Assembly (NCBI GenBank): GCA_900128395.1
Contig: LT649275.1
Coordinates: forward strand, 1 to 47,884
Origin: Stramenopiles sp. TOSAG23-2
Taxonomy: Eukaryota
Direction: 5' to 3'
DNA length: 47,884 nucleotides
Shown here: piece after piece, positions 9,781 through 21,512 of the stretch
How positions within the stretch are numbered: position 1 is the stretch's first letter
Layout of the letters: every line of letters starts with the position of its first letter
Program-made: the position numbers and the translations under genes
The notes under the pieces: generated by a model
The model's database searches: none
Told to the model about the DNA's origin: nothing
Seen by the model: only the letters and a program-made list of their open reading frames with translations

Positions 9781-10068
9781 TCAGTCTAATAGGGGCATAC
9801 CATCCATCCGGGCCAAAATGATACTCCCTATGTCTCTGTCTGGATTGTAAAAAATAAAAGATTCAAATTCTGTTAAAACCTTCTGAAGACGATCATTATG
9901 ACAACTATGGTAAACTAGTTGTTCAATGTGAAAAACTAATTCTTCTGGCAGTATTTTCAATTTACTATTTAATTTATCAATGGTACAATTATTTTTATCA
10001 GATGATGTTTTCGGTGGCAAAACTAAATTTGCAATTATATTATTATGTTTATGTTTACTACCCGTCAT
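9781..10068 (-). CDS. Small hypothetical protein with an F-box-like LPEELVFHI motif, possibly of viral origin
   Basis: 95-aa ATG-initiated ORF containing LKILPEELVFHIEQLVY...RLQKVLTEF. Confidence 0.55.
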   Translation of the reverse strand: MTGSKHKHNNIIANLVLPPKTSSDKNNCTIDKLNSKLKILPEELVFHIEQLVYHSCHNDRLQKVLTEFESFIFYNPDRDIGSIILARMDGMPLLD

Positions 10069-10562
10069 AGTTTTGTTCTACAACAAATATGTTGTTTAAG
10101 TATTTCTTCAATATTTTATATAAGTATATTAATATACTCTCTGCTTTGATATCTTGTTTTGTTTTTTCATCTCTCTCTATATATCTATACCTATGTTTGT
10201 AATATACGGTTAAATATCAATCATCAAATAATATTAATTTCAATATTTTTAACCAGTGCTGTGTGCATGTTAATGTGGTTACGAGGGTAAATAATTTTCA
10301 TCAACAAGTCTCATCAAAAAATGTCAATAATAAACAAATAAACAAAAAAAACAAATATATGTATATGCAGAGAGAAGATGTATGTGGATCAAACACAAAC
10401 ACCCGTTTATATATTAAAAAAGAGATTATCGTTGATTGGTTACTATTTATTATTGTTGTTTAGTTATTTAACATTGTTATTCTTATTATTATTATTTCAA
10501 ACAAAATATTATTGTATATTATCTATATTTGATAAACTAGATTAAAAAAAAAAAAAATTAAA

Positions 10563-11057
10563 ATGATGAACTTCAAGTGCAAAGTAATTACAAATACTAC
10601 TGATAAAGAAGAACATGAAGAAAAAGAAGGAGAAGTTTTCATCTTGCCTGAACTATGGCGAATTGTCAAAGAATTTCAATTGGATTGGTGTCAAACATGG
10701 AAACGTCGAATGAAACCGGTCCGTATGGATATTAATTTTACCATAAAGTGTTTAAAAACTGGTAGATTTGGTCGTTTCGTTGATTATGAAGATAAAGTAT
10801 CTTTTCAAAAAGTATCAGAAAAATTTATTTGTAGCACGAATTCAAAGCATTTACCTAGAACCAATATACGTATCTGGTTTTACTGGGGCGAGAAAGATAC
10901 TGAAGAAGAGAAAGTTCTTTACAAACGACCATTTATATGGTTAAATGAACAAGCTGGTCGTTATTGGACATGTTATCATTGCATAAATCGAGAACTTGAA
11001 TATTTCAGTAGGCCTGTTGTTCAGCAACAGGCGGCTGCACGAGGAACACATGCGTAA
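10563..11057 (+). CDS. Hypothetical protein, copy B of the duplicated gene
   Basis: Same core as 6902-7387, with 7 extra residues (VVQQQAA) near the C-terminus. Confidence 0.75.
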   Translation: MMNFKCKVITNTTDKEEHEEKEGEVFILPELWRIVKEFQLDWCQTWKRRMKPVRMDINFTIKCLKTGRFGRFVDYEDKVSFQKVSEKFICSTNSKHLPRTNIRIWFYWGEKDTEEEKVLYKRPFIWLNEQAGRYWTCYHCINRELEYFSRPVVQQQAAARGTHA

Positions 11058-11859
11058 AAGATGTAATATATATAATGATATGTGCATATTAATATATATA
11101 TATTCACAAGATCAGATTTATTAGTATATAATTAGAATAACATAACAATCTACCTATCAAATGTATTTCGTATTTCAGAGGCCTCTCTGTACTATCTCTA
11201 TGCTATTTTAACACCTGCTGTGTGATGCCTCCAAACTCAGTTTGAGTTTTGAGAGGAAATAACTCCCCTATCATATTACTATACGAAATTCATACTTAAT
11301 ATTTTATCAACATTTCGAGACGTTATGTTATATGAGTTATTTTTCCATTTTTTCGATATCCATATAGGCGATTTATTTCGTTAACATTATGTATAATCGT
11401 ACTTAAAACTGATTTTAATCATGGTTGTATTTTTTTGAAAAGCACAGTAGCGGCTTCAACATACACCCGATTGACTTCGAGAAACTAGTGCTGTGTCCAT
11501 ACTATTTCATTCTGAATGTTAGGATAATATGAATGTTAGCATTTTTTATTTCGCAAAAAAAAGAGAGAAATTATATAAATATCTCCATTGTATTTGCATG
11601 CTAAACACTTTTATATTTACAAAACATATATATATACAGATAGACATACACACATACATATATATATATTATATATATATTATATATACATAATCAAATT
11701 ACTTGAACAACATTGTATATTATTCAATAATTAATACGTTTACATACATCAAATAGTACGTGTTGATTTTTGTCTTTTATCAGAAAGAAAAACAAGAAAG
11801 AAGTACTTTTTATAAAATACATTACACATCCACAAACGAAAAAGAAAAAAGAGAAAAAT

Positions 11860-13695
11860 ATGGCTTCTATCGCTTCTAATGTATTGCAGTCACAACCAAT
11901 AAATACGACAACAGGTACAGAAATAGTTGGAAAGAAACTAACCAATACAAGAATTATTCCAATGTCAGTTGATAAAATCAACTCATTAACATGCGCTCGA
12001 GAACAGTAAGTACATATGACCTGAAAAATCTGTACATCTTGCTAGTTTTACGTTCTTTTATATATATATATCATTTATATATATAGTCTTTACAATTTGT
12101 CTCAAAAAAACTAATATACTAACATTAATATATTTCTCGATGTATTTATATATATATATATACACACACACAGCATGAAAGCAGTAAATGATGCAGTAAA
12201 AGAAGAAGATGAGAAAATCAAACGCTCGTACGAAAATAATTGCAAAGTATCTTGGAATGAAAGAGAAGATAATGTATTACGAAAAGCAGTAGAAACACAT
12301 GCACAAATAAGTGAAAATCGTAACTGGCATGAAATAGCAAGTAGCTTACAAAAAGATATACCTGGCCGTACACCATCGCAATGTTCAGAAAGATGGAATA
12401 AAGTTTTAAAACCAGGTTTGACTAAACGGCCATGGAGCAAAGAGGAAGATTCTAAATTAGCAGATTTAGTAAAATTGTACGGACCAAAACGTTGGTCATT
12501 GATTGCTATGCAATTGAAAGGTCGAATTGGTAAACAATGTCGTGAACGTTGGCATAACCATTTAAATCCAAATGTCAACAAATCATCGTGGACACAAGAA
12601 GAAGATGGTATTATATATCAATATCAAAAAAAATGGGGAAATCAATGGGCAAAAATTGCTGAAATGTTGCCTGGGCGTACAGATAATTCTATTAAAAATC
12701 GTTATTACTCCACCATGCGCCGTTTGAAAAGACAAAAGCAACGACAAGAGCTAGAAATGCAACAAAAAGGCTTAATACCAAAAGCTAAAAAAGATGCCAT
12801 TGCTAGTAAAATTAAATTGAAAGAAAAAGTTGAAATTACATCTTTTAAAGACTTTTCTATGGGTTATGCAGTACCACCAAATCAAAAAAAGGCCAAAACG
12901 AATGATGGAAAAAAAACCTCACGAGTTAGCAACAACATGAAAAAGATGACAAAAGCTAATACGAAAAAAAAATCTTTAAAATCATTATCAAACAAACAAA
13001 ATATTGGTAAAAAACGTACAAATAAACAAATGGATTATAAAGGTAGCAAAAAAAATAGTAGTAGTAGTAGTAGTAATAATAATAATAATATTAGCAAAAA
13101 GAAAAAACGACAACGTAATACGCAACATTTGACTCTTGATAGAGATATTGTTGATAGTGTATTTTTCAGTCCATTGCCAAACATGAATGGTGGCCTTTCT
13201 GTACATGAACAAATGAGCAATGATAATTTGGATTTCACAAGTAGCTTGCTTGATTTACAATCACCAATGAATGTTACACCTATGGCACTTAAAGGCGCAA
13301 TGTCGTCTCCACACCTTTCCATCACTGGTGTCGCTATATCACCACGTCAACGTGATTTATTACGTGAAAACCGTAATCATAAAAACTGTAGTAGCATTAT
13401 TAGGACAAAAAATTGGGATAGCGCAAAATCAAATAAAAGCATATCATCCTTGAGTGGAGAAGAAGTCTTAGGATTAGGATTCAATTTAGGACAACCAACA
13501 CCAAATAATAGCACTAGTATTAGAGGAACTGGCTTAACACCATTAGCGGCAAATGGACTTTTCTCTCCTAATTACGAATTATTTACGTTAGATACACCAA
13601 ATAATGCATCAAATACAATGATCACGTCACCAACGAATTATGGTTCATTTGAACCCCTTTCCCCATCAGAAGTTAGGACCTTATTGATGGATTAA
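11860..13695 (+). CDS. Three-repeat MYB (3R-MYB) transcription factor; exons 11860-12005 and 12174-13695
   Basis: Three Myb repeats, including [17 protein letters not shown] and [11 protein letters not shown]. The splice joins in frame (CA|C ATG). S/T-P-rich C-terminus. Confidence 0.93.
12006..12173 (+). other. Spliceosomal intron (168 bp)
   Basis: Donor GTAAGT at 12006, branch point TACTAAC at 12117-12123, acceptor CAG ending at 12173. Frame is preserved. Confidence 0.88.
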
Positions 13696-14347
13696 AAACG
13701 GAAGTGCAACAATCAAAATAAGACGTTTGTATATATATCTATATATAATATATACATATTCGTACATGTATTAGATATGTAAATGTAATATTAAAATATT
13801 ATATATTAAAAAAATAACACGTATTGAAACAACAATTTAATTGCAAGATACAAAAATAGGAAGTGAATTAATAGGAAAAACAAAAAAGAAAAAATAATTA
13901 TCAACTGGAGAGAAAGTGGGCATGCCAGCATGGGTAAAGTGTATGAAAAATACGTAATGAAGAGATTAAAAATGAAGATTTATATAAAAAGATTATAAAA
14001 AATCAAAAAAAAAGAAATATTTAAATATATGCATATTTTTTATATTTTTTTACAAAAAGCATCAAATATATTCTCTCCTCCATCATAATTTTTTCGTACT
14101 TTTTTACTGAAAGTTCCCTCCAAAAAAACACAAATGTCATCTATATTATACATACACAGCAAAGTTCAAAAATCACACATGTACTTTTTCAATTTTTATG
14201 TACACACAAACAAAATGCGTCAAAGAACATTATCGCATTGTTTCGTGTAGTTTTATTTAATAAAAAAAATATTTAATCATATCATACTTTTCATTATATC
14301 TCTCTAAATAATCATATAAGAGAGGGAAAATCAAAAAAGCAAAATAT

Positions 14348-15919
14348 TTATATGGCACCGCCTTGCACTGCTGATCCTTTACCTTCGCCTTTTGCAACAT
14401 GACTTGGTGAATGCCATTCACCTTTACCTCCACATATATCTGTATAATTTTCATTCACAATAAATTTCGACATCATCTGTTTAAAATCTTTCATCTTACA
14501 TAATTGGTTGTTTGTACCGCTATTATCGCTACATGGCATTTTTAAAATTTCAGAATTATATAGAACACGTACATACCGTCCATCGTCATTTTTACCATTT
14601 TTGTCAATTCCTTGATTTGCCCAATGCTCAATTACTTCATCTTCCTCTTTAGCGGACCAGACTTCAAACGTTATATTTGAACAGAATGGTGGCCAAGCAT
14701 GGGTTGCACCTTTCCCAGCAACACACATAAATAATGGTGAAACGGTCCAATCATGCCCAGAATATAAATGATACATTTTATCTGGTCGATCCATCCTATC
14801 AACAATTTGAGTTAACATACGGCCAATTCCTAGTTTCAATGCCTCTGTTCTACGTGCTTCGGAATTTTCAACAAAATCAGCACCTCCTTCAAAAATATGT
14901 TCCATTTGTCTTTGTGCACCATCATCAAGCATATCTGAAATTTCGACAATATGCTTCGGGATAGCTTTATGTTCCGCTGCACGGCATAATAATTGATCTC
15001 GATATGATACTAATTTCCATTGTTCATCATCGCGTACCCAACCATCTGAATGATTTTCAACAATTTCAATCGCTTTTTTATCATCATCAGTGCGATTTTG
15101 TGTTGATAATAATTTGCCTTCAGCAAAATGCAATTGAAGCTTTTTACATGATTTAGGATTCAATACCATATATTCAGAAGGACCTGAAAACATGATATCA
15201 AACTTATTCTCTTCACCTTTTAAATAATTTGGAAACAATCCACTAATTAATCCTTGTGCTGTTTCGATCGTTCTCTCCGTTTTTGTTGATTGTACATTGA
15301 CTAATTTACGCGCATAGCTCCAAGTACAAGGTAATAAATAACCATCACGTACGTCTTTACTTTCTTTCGCTTCCACGTCGACGTATCTTTTTCTTAATTC
15401 TGTACCTAAATCAATCGCCATTTGCATGCCATTTTTCGTTAATGCTCCTGGATAACCACCACCTAATAATGTTTTCTCATCTTTTGCATATAAATTCTTT
15501 TGTATACTTGTTCTTGGAATTGGACTTCCATTTCCAGGTTGGTACAATGTAAATTGAGCTAAAGAAAAGGATGTCTTATCTTGCTCTTCCAATGTCCAAT
15601 GTACAGGTTGTTTACCCAAGTCATTCATAGGTGTTCTAGCCCCATGTCTAAATGCTGTATGCACTTGGATCAAACGTAATGGTTTATTATCATATTTTGG
15701 GCATGAAGATCCTAATCCATTGTATGGCTTTGCTGCCGAAATTTCAATATTTGACGTGGACACATCATTACTACTACTGGAGGACGCTGATGATGCAGAG
15801 GTGGTGGTACTTGAAAATCTGGATGTGGTAGATGAATATATAGCAATACTTGTCGGTGCTCCTACACCAACCATAAATGCAATAGATTTTTTCACCTGGC
15901 TTTTAAAGAATATCGTCAT
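14348..15919 (-). CDS. Histidine acid phosphatase (branch 2, ACP6-like)
   Basis: Catalytic motifs FRHGARTP, G.LT..G, RTIETA and LYSGHDWT; also WPPF and VRVLYN. Ser-rich N-terminal extension. Confidence 0.92.
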   Translation of the reverse strand: MTIFFKSQVKKSIAFMVGVGAPTSIAIYSSTTSRFSSTTTSASSASSSSSNDVSTSNIEISAAKPYNGLGSSCPKYDNKPLRLIQVHTAFRHGARTPMNDLGKQPVHWTLEEQDKTSFSLAQFTLYQPGNGSPIPRTSIQKNLYAKDEKTLLGGGYPGALTKNGMQMAIDLGTELRKRYVDVEAKESKDVRDGYLLPCTWSYARKLVNVQSTKTERTIETAQGLISGLFPNYLKGEENKFDIMFSGPSEYMVLNPKSCKKLQLHFAEGKLLSTQNRTDDDKKAIEIVENHSDGWVRDDEQWKLVSYRDQLLCRAAEHKAIPKHIVEISDMLDDGAQRQMEHIFEGGADFVENSEARRTEALKLGIGRMLTQIVDRMDRPDKMYHLYSGHDWTVSPLFMCVAGKGATHAWPPFCSNITFEVWSAKEEDEVIEHWANQGIDKNGKNDDGRYVRVLYNSEILKMPCSDNSGTNNQLCKMKDFKQMMSKFIVNENYTDICGGKGEWHSPSHVAKGEGKGSAVQGGAI

Positions 15920-16539
15920 TTTATATATAAATATATATATATATATATTGTATTATTATTATTGAGAGATTTTATAATAGTTTTTTTTAAGTTTAAGAAC
16001 ATATATATTTGTATGTATATATAATGTTTACACTTTTTGTTTTATAGCATATACATATATTTGTTGCTTTGCGTATTCAATGAAGAAGAAGAAAGGAATA
16101 ATGTATGAAAAAAGGGATTTTTTTTAATATTTTATTTTAAGGATTTTGTGTTAAATTGTGAACATGTGTTAGTCTAATAGTACTTGTACATGTACAATTA
16201 TATATATCGATATTTTTGTACAAATTATTTTACCTTAACAGACCGGATAAATTAGCTTTTTTTAATTTTTAAATTCTTATTATTTTTTATATTCCAATAT
16301 TAATTAAGTTCATAATACATTTCTATATTGTTACACACAAATGTACATTAACATTGGTTCATTGATTCATTGAGAATGGGTATATATAGTATCTGTATAT
16401 ATATATATACCATTTCAATTTCATCTACTTCATCTGTTCATCTCATCGTATAGTGATATCTTGTGATGGCAAGGGAAAAAAAGTCACACAAGAAACAAAG
16501 AAGAAGAGGCCCTTCTGCGAAAAAGAAAGCTTTTTTATT

Positions 16540-18045
16540 TTAAACCAAGAAAAAGTTCATGCAAAGAATCATGAAATTGCATAATAAAACTCCACCAAAT
16601 GCATTGATGGATGAGATTGATATCTCATCACTAGTATCGGATTTCTCTTTTGGTTCGCAACCATCACAGACTACTATATCTGCACATGTTGTCCATACCT
16701 GTGGTGTCTGTTCATTATCCCATCTCCATTGTAGAATATATTCACCATCTTCTGCAGGAGCAAAAACTTCATCTGCTATATTCCAATTCTGAAGTTCGTT
16801 ATCTTTTGCCTTATTACCACCAAAACCATCTTTACTACTAGCTGCATTTGGTTTATAACATTGGGATTTTGAAGCGTACCAAAGACATTCACTTTTACCA
16901 TCACAAGTACTTTTGTCTTTATATGCATTGCAACTATCAACATTACCAGTTTGTTTTTTTGTATTACTGGATGTATCTTTTTCATAACAATATCCACCCT
17001 TATCATTTTTCCAAATACATTCATTTTCACTATTACATGCAGTTTCTGTTTTAAAACCTTCGTAACATGTTGAACTTTTACTACCAGCACCACTTTTACC
17101 AGTATCGGATGATTTTTTACTAGCAGAAGTCTCAGAAAAACCTAATTTTTCAACATAATAACCATATCCATCTGGCCAAGATCCATCATGTAAATGTGGC
17201 GCATCGAATTGCAAACCCGTTTTACATGCACCATATGGAGTACTACTCGCATAGGAACGAGTATCGTTGTTGGAAACTTTTCCAACTGCTGTGGCATTGT
17301 ACAATGTACAAGAACTCCCTAAATCACAATTACAAGCAGGTAAAGGAAGTTTTCTCCAAGTTGAACCAACTGGTACAACACCATTTGAAACATCGATTGC
17401 AGCAATAGGAATTTGCTTATCATTCATTTCAACAACATGCTTTTGCGTAGCGAATTTTAACGGGTTTTGTTCAAAGCATGCCTCGTTAATTACATTATTG
17501 TTTTTTGTTGGACAAACTCGATATTGATACCCACCACCATGATTTACTATTAATCGAAATTTCACTGTAACTTTTGCTCCAGGTTTCCAATATGTCAGTT
17601 TACCTTTCGGTAAATCAGTACCTTTCATACCTTGTGTAATTTCTTTTGCTTGAAATGTATGAGGATATTGTGTGGTAGCTTTTGGATCAAACCCACTTGC
17701 AATACCACAGCTATCAATCGGTTTCGCACTTCCTGGTTTTTTCCAAGGCATGTACTTATTCCAATCACCTTTCACTGATTTATTATCAATATTCCACGTT
17801 AGGAATTTTGGATCCGTTAAAGTTGGTGTATCTGGCGTATTACAATTGACACTTTCTTTCGTTGGATATGTTTCCTTTCCACCACCACTACATGTGCATC
17901 CAATCATGCATCCAACTTGATACCAAAATAATGGTTCAGGTTGGCGTGGTACTGGTTCTGTCATAGTTCCATGAGAATATGCATAATGTGGTAATAGAAT
18001 TTGCAAGATATATCCAATAGTTAATACTATAATAATTTTATTCAT
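16540..18045 (-). CDS. Secreted, probably GPI-anchored lytic polysaccharide monooxygenase-like protein
   Basis: 24-aa signal peptide followed by His (HGTMTEP). NHGGGYQYRVCP and YILQWRWDNEQTPQVWTTCADI. Hydrophobic C-terminus. Confidence 0.85.
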   Translation of the reverse strand: MNKIIIVLTIGYILQILLPHYAYSHGTMTEPVPRQPEPLFWYQVGCMIGCTCSGGGKETYPTKESVNCNTPDTPTLTDPKFLTWNIDNKSVKGDWNKYMPWKKPGSAKPIDSCGIASGFDPKATTQYPHTFQAKEITQGMKGTDLPKGKLTYWKPGAKVTVKFRLIVNHGGGYQYRVCPTKNNNVINEACFEQNPLKFATQKHVVEMNDKQIPIAAIDVSNGVVPVGSTWRKLPLPACNCDLGSSCTLYNATAVGKVSNNDTRSYASSTPYGACKTGLQFDAPHLHDGSWPDGYGYYVEKLGFSETSASKKSSDTGKSGAGSKSSTCYEGFKTETACNSENECIWKNDKGGYCYEKDTSSNTKKQTGNVDSCNAYKDKSTCDGKSECLWYASKSQCYKPNAASSKDGFGGNKAKDNELQNWNIADEVFAPAEDGEYILQWRWDNEQTPQVWTTCADIVVCDGCEPKEKSDTSDEISISSINAFGGVLLCNFMILCMNFFLV

Positions 18046-18331
18046 TGTATTATATATAATAGTACGTCTTATCTTACGAAATATAGTAAATTATAATTAA
18101 TTTTTTTTTTTCTAAACTGCAGAGGGGATTATTTTATGTTGCTAACTAAATAAAATAAATAATACTGAACAATTATTAATAAGTAAGAAAAACACAAAAA
18201 AAAACAAAACAAGGTTGAAATGTTAAAGAAGAAGTGTTATTACTTTTGCATCTCTCTCTCTTATTCTGACTTACATGTATTTGCATTTAATATATGTATC
18301 CGGTAATTAAATAATAATATAAATTTTTTTC

Positions 18332-18371
<40 letters not shown>

Positions 18372-18781
18372 TTTTTTTTATTTTTTGATGCGGGTTTAGG
18401 TTAGAGTGTGTCGTTGTATTCACCTTGTGTTGGGCCTGCTATCTGTCTAGAGCTATCCTAGGTTAAGGTGCCCGCAGGTCCAAATTTTAAATTAAATTTA
18501 AATTTATTATGTACCCTGTATTATATTAATATATTAATATACTTACAAGTACGACTTACCTATGTACTTATCCTTTTTTTTGTTAAAAAATATGGTTGCA
18601 CCAATAATTATAAAATATTATATATTTTTGAAAGGAATGTGATGAACTTATTATGATGTACACGTATTGTGTAACCAAAACGTATATTGATATATTGGCT
18701 TCTACTTCATATTATTTTTATTGTTATTTTTGATCTCCCTCCCCTTCTCTCTATCTCTCTGAGAACGTGTTGTGAAAAATC

Positions 18782-19243
18782 ATGAAGAAATATAGATACA
18801 ACAGATCGTTGTTGTTGTTGTTAATGTTATTAATCATTGGTTCAGTGTCTTCTGATAAAATGATACGTAAAAATAATAATACAAATATTATTATTAGTAC
18901 AGGTAATAATAATGAGTGGCAATATATTGGAATAGGTGGTTGCTCTGTGCATGGGGAAGAAGGCAAATATGGTCCTAATTTAGTTCATCCACGAATTGTA
19001 TTGAACGATTGTATCAAGTATGGAGATAAAGCAGGTGTAAATGCTGTAACAAGGTATGGTGATGGTTTTTGCATGATACAATTTCCAACAAGAAAAGCTT
19101 GTTTATTCAGTAATTTACGTATTTTTGGGGATGGTTGGGTGTCGGCATGTGGTACAGACCCAAATCCAGCAGGAAATTATACAAATGATAATTTAAGAGG
19201 CTTCGAATGTTTTATGAAAATGGATGATGTGGATAATATGTAA
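18782..19243 (+). CDS. Small secreted Cys-rich hypothetical protein
   Basis: Basic N-terminus plus a Leu-rich signal peptide. Six Cys in the mature part. Confidence 0.75.
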   Translation: MKKYRYNRSLLLLLMLLIIGSVSSDKMIRKNNNTNIIISTGNNNEWQYIGIGGCSVHGEEGKYGPNLVHPRIVLNDCIKYGDKAGVNAVTRYGDGFCMIQFPTRKACLFSNLRIFGDGWVSACGTDPNPAGNYTNDNLRGFECFMKMDDVDNM

Positions 19244-19365
19244 TTATAGAGAAAAGGAGTATGAATTGTAAAAAGTTTTATACACACCCCAGACACACAA
19301 AATAAAATTTAAAATAAAAAAATATTATTATATTTTCATCTCGCTCTACTAAAAGATTAAATCGC

Positions 19366-19525
19366 GTGTATTTTTAAAAAATTTGAAAACTTAGACTTGT
19401 CATCAATAGTTTTAAATTCGCTTTTGCTTCCCCGTTAATTCACTAACATGTACGGACCTCGTAAATTTAATACGAATTCGCTGCTGTTAATTTTCTTTTT
19501 GGTAAATGATCTATACGACGATTAA
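19366..19525 (-). pseudogene. Diverged duplicate of the ATG101 3' end
   Basis: Aligns to 19574-19733 with substitutions, indels and a replaced central block. Confidence 0.85.
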
Positions 19526-19581
19526 TATCTCTAAAGGATGAAACAGAAAAGCACTCTTCGCTATACGTCGTGTGTGTATTT

Positions 19582-20331
19582 TTAAAATCTAAAACTTAAA
19601 CTTGTCATCAATGGTTTTAAACTCGCTTTTGCTTCCGTTAATTCACTATGTAATTTAATACTATAATCATATGTCTTTGCATCTTTCAATGCTGTTAATT
19701 TTCTTTTTGGTAAATGATCTACACGACGATTAACCGCATCGATTACATAAAATATACCATTTTGAACTTTTTCTTCACTTTTTAATATTTGTTCTCTTTC
19801 TTGTAATATTGTTTGACCAGGTGTTAATGTAATCGCTGGTTCACTATTACCTCGTCGTCGTGTTCTTGTTGTATTATTATTAGTTGTCATATTATTATTA
19901 TTATCTTCCATAGACGTTCGTCGTCCTCTATTTCTATTTGTATAATTATCATCATTTTTACGATGTATACGTAAAGGTATTTTCCATTGTTCCCATAATA
20001 ATTTTTTAGTACGTGTACTGACACCTAAAAATGTACTTTCTATTTTCGTTTCATAAAATTCCAATAAAAAACAATCTTTTATTAAATTATTATTAGACCT
20101 TGTAATAATAGTTTGAAAACGTCCAATAGCACTATCTACATTTTGTTTTTCATCTGGATGATTTGTAGTTGCATAATTCAAACCAAATAATTCACAAGGC
20201 ATCATTCTCGTATGCAACGGACCGATGGACCTATTCACAATTATCGTATGCAATATCGAACGCAATGCATCTTTTACATGATTTTCATATATTTCAATTT
20301 CAGGTAACATAAAGGTAACAACGTTTGCCAT
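19582..20331 (-). CDS. ATG101: Autophagy-related protein 101
   Basis: VKDALRSILHTIIVNRSIG, LEFYE, LWEQWKI and VN...DHLP match ATG101 HORMA motifs. Confidence 0.88.
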   Translation of the reverse strand: MANVVTFMLPEIEIYENHVKDALRSILHTIIVNRSIGPLHTRMMPCELFGLNYATTNHPDEKQNVDSAIGRFQTIITRSNNNLIKDCFLLEFYETKIESTFLGVSTRTKKLLWEQWKIPLRIHRKNDDNYTNRNRGRRTSMEDNNNNMTTNNNTTRTRRRGNSEPAITLTPGQTILQEREQILKSEEKVQNGIFYVIDAVNRRVDHLPKRKLTALKDAKTYDYSIKLHSELTEAKASLKPLMTSLSFRF

Positions 20332-20860
20332 GGTTTGTATAATATTTTACTACTATTGTAAAATTAACTAAAAAAAAAAATTGGGACACAAAAATGATAA
20401 AAAAAATATATAATATATATACCACGACAAAAAAGACACACCAAAATAATAATGTAAATATATATATATATCTATATATAAAGACTAACAAAAAAAATGA
20501 ATCAACTGTTTAAATATTCTATATATATATATATGTAAAAAAAATAAAATACATTTTGACTTTTTCACTAAATCACTACACACACGTAAAACTAGTTATT
20601 AATATAGAATTTAACCAACATTTAGTAAAACAATTTTTAGTTGGTTAACTATAACACTATGACCTCCCTATCAACTGACTACAATCTACAATCATTTTAT
20701 ACTTGAATGGAAAATTAGAATACTGAATATAGTAAAAATTATAATATTTTTTATGCATTTTTTCTTTTTTATATTTTATATTACTAACCAAGCTAACCTT
20801 TTATCCCTCTCGTCTATATACCACCGCCATGATGTGTGTGATAGCTCTCTCCCCTTTTTT

Positions 20861-21480
20861 TCATTTCAAACTACTGCATGTCTCCCCTAATAAATTGTAC
20901 ATGCTTTCTAATAATGTCTCTCGTTCATGCATTGCATCAGCAATGTTGCTCGCATACAATGCCACATCCGTTGCTTTGATGGTTTCTTTTTGTTCAAACT
21001 GGCCTAATATTTCCATTTCTTTGCGTAAAATTGCTAATACTTGGTCTACATGTGATCGATGATTATGTAATAAATGTAAACCAATTTCAGTAGTTGACAT
21101 ATTTGGATCCAATGAATTTGTTGGTTGAATAATTAATCCACTATTATTATTATCAATTGTTGTCGTTATGTTAGATGTTGCTATATTTTTCTCTTCATTA
21201 TTTGCATCAATAATTTTTTCAGTTTCTTTCCTACTTAATGGTTGTAAATTACTACTTTCATCATTCTTTTTTTCAATATTAATATTATTATTCTTATCTT
21301 CCGTCCAAGCCTCTTTACTAGTATTAAATGTAATTTCTTCATCAACAACATTATTCGTATCAACCTTTGCTTTTTCAACGATAGAAGCATTATTTGAAAT
21401 ATTTTCATTTTCAGTTGTTGCTTGCTTTAATAATTCAGCGACATTTTCAAGTGGTAATGTTGTATCATCATCATCATTCA

Positions 21481-21512
<32 letters not shown>

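Noticed and set aside
18391..18406. Telomere-like GGGTTTAGGTTAG
   Set aside because: Fewer than two full units, which is compatible with chance.
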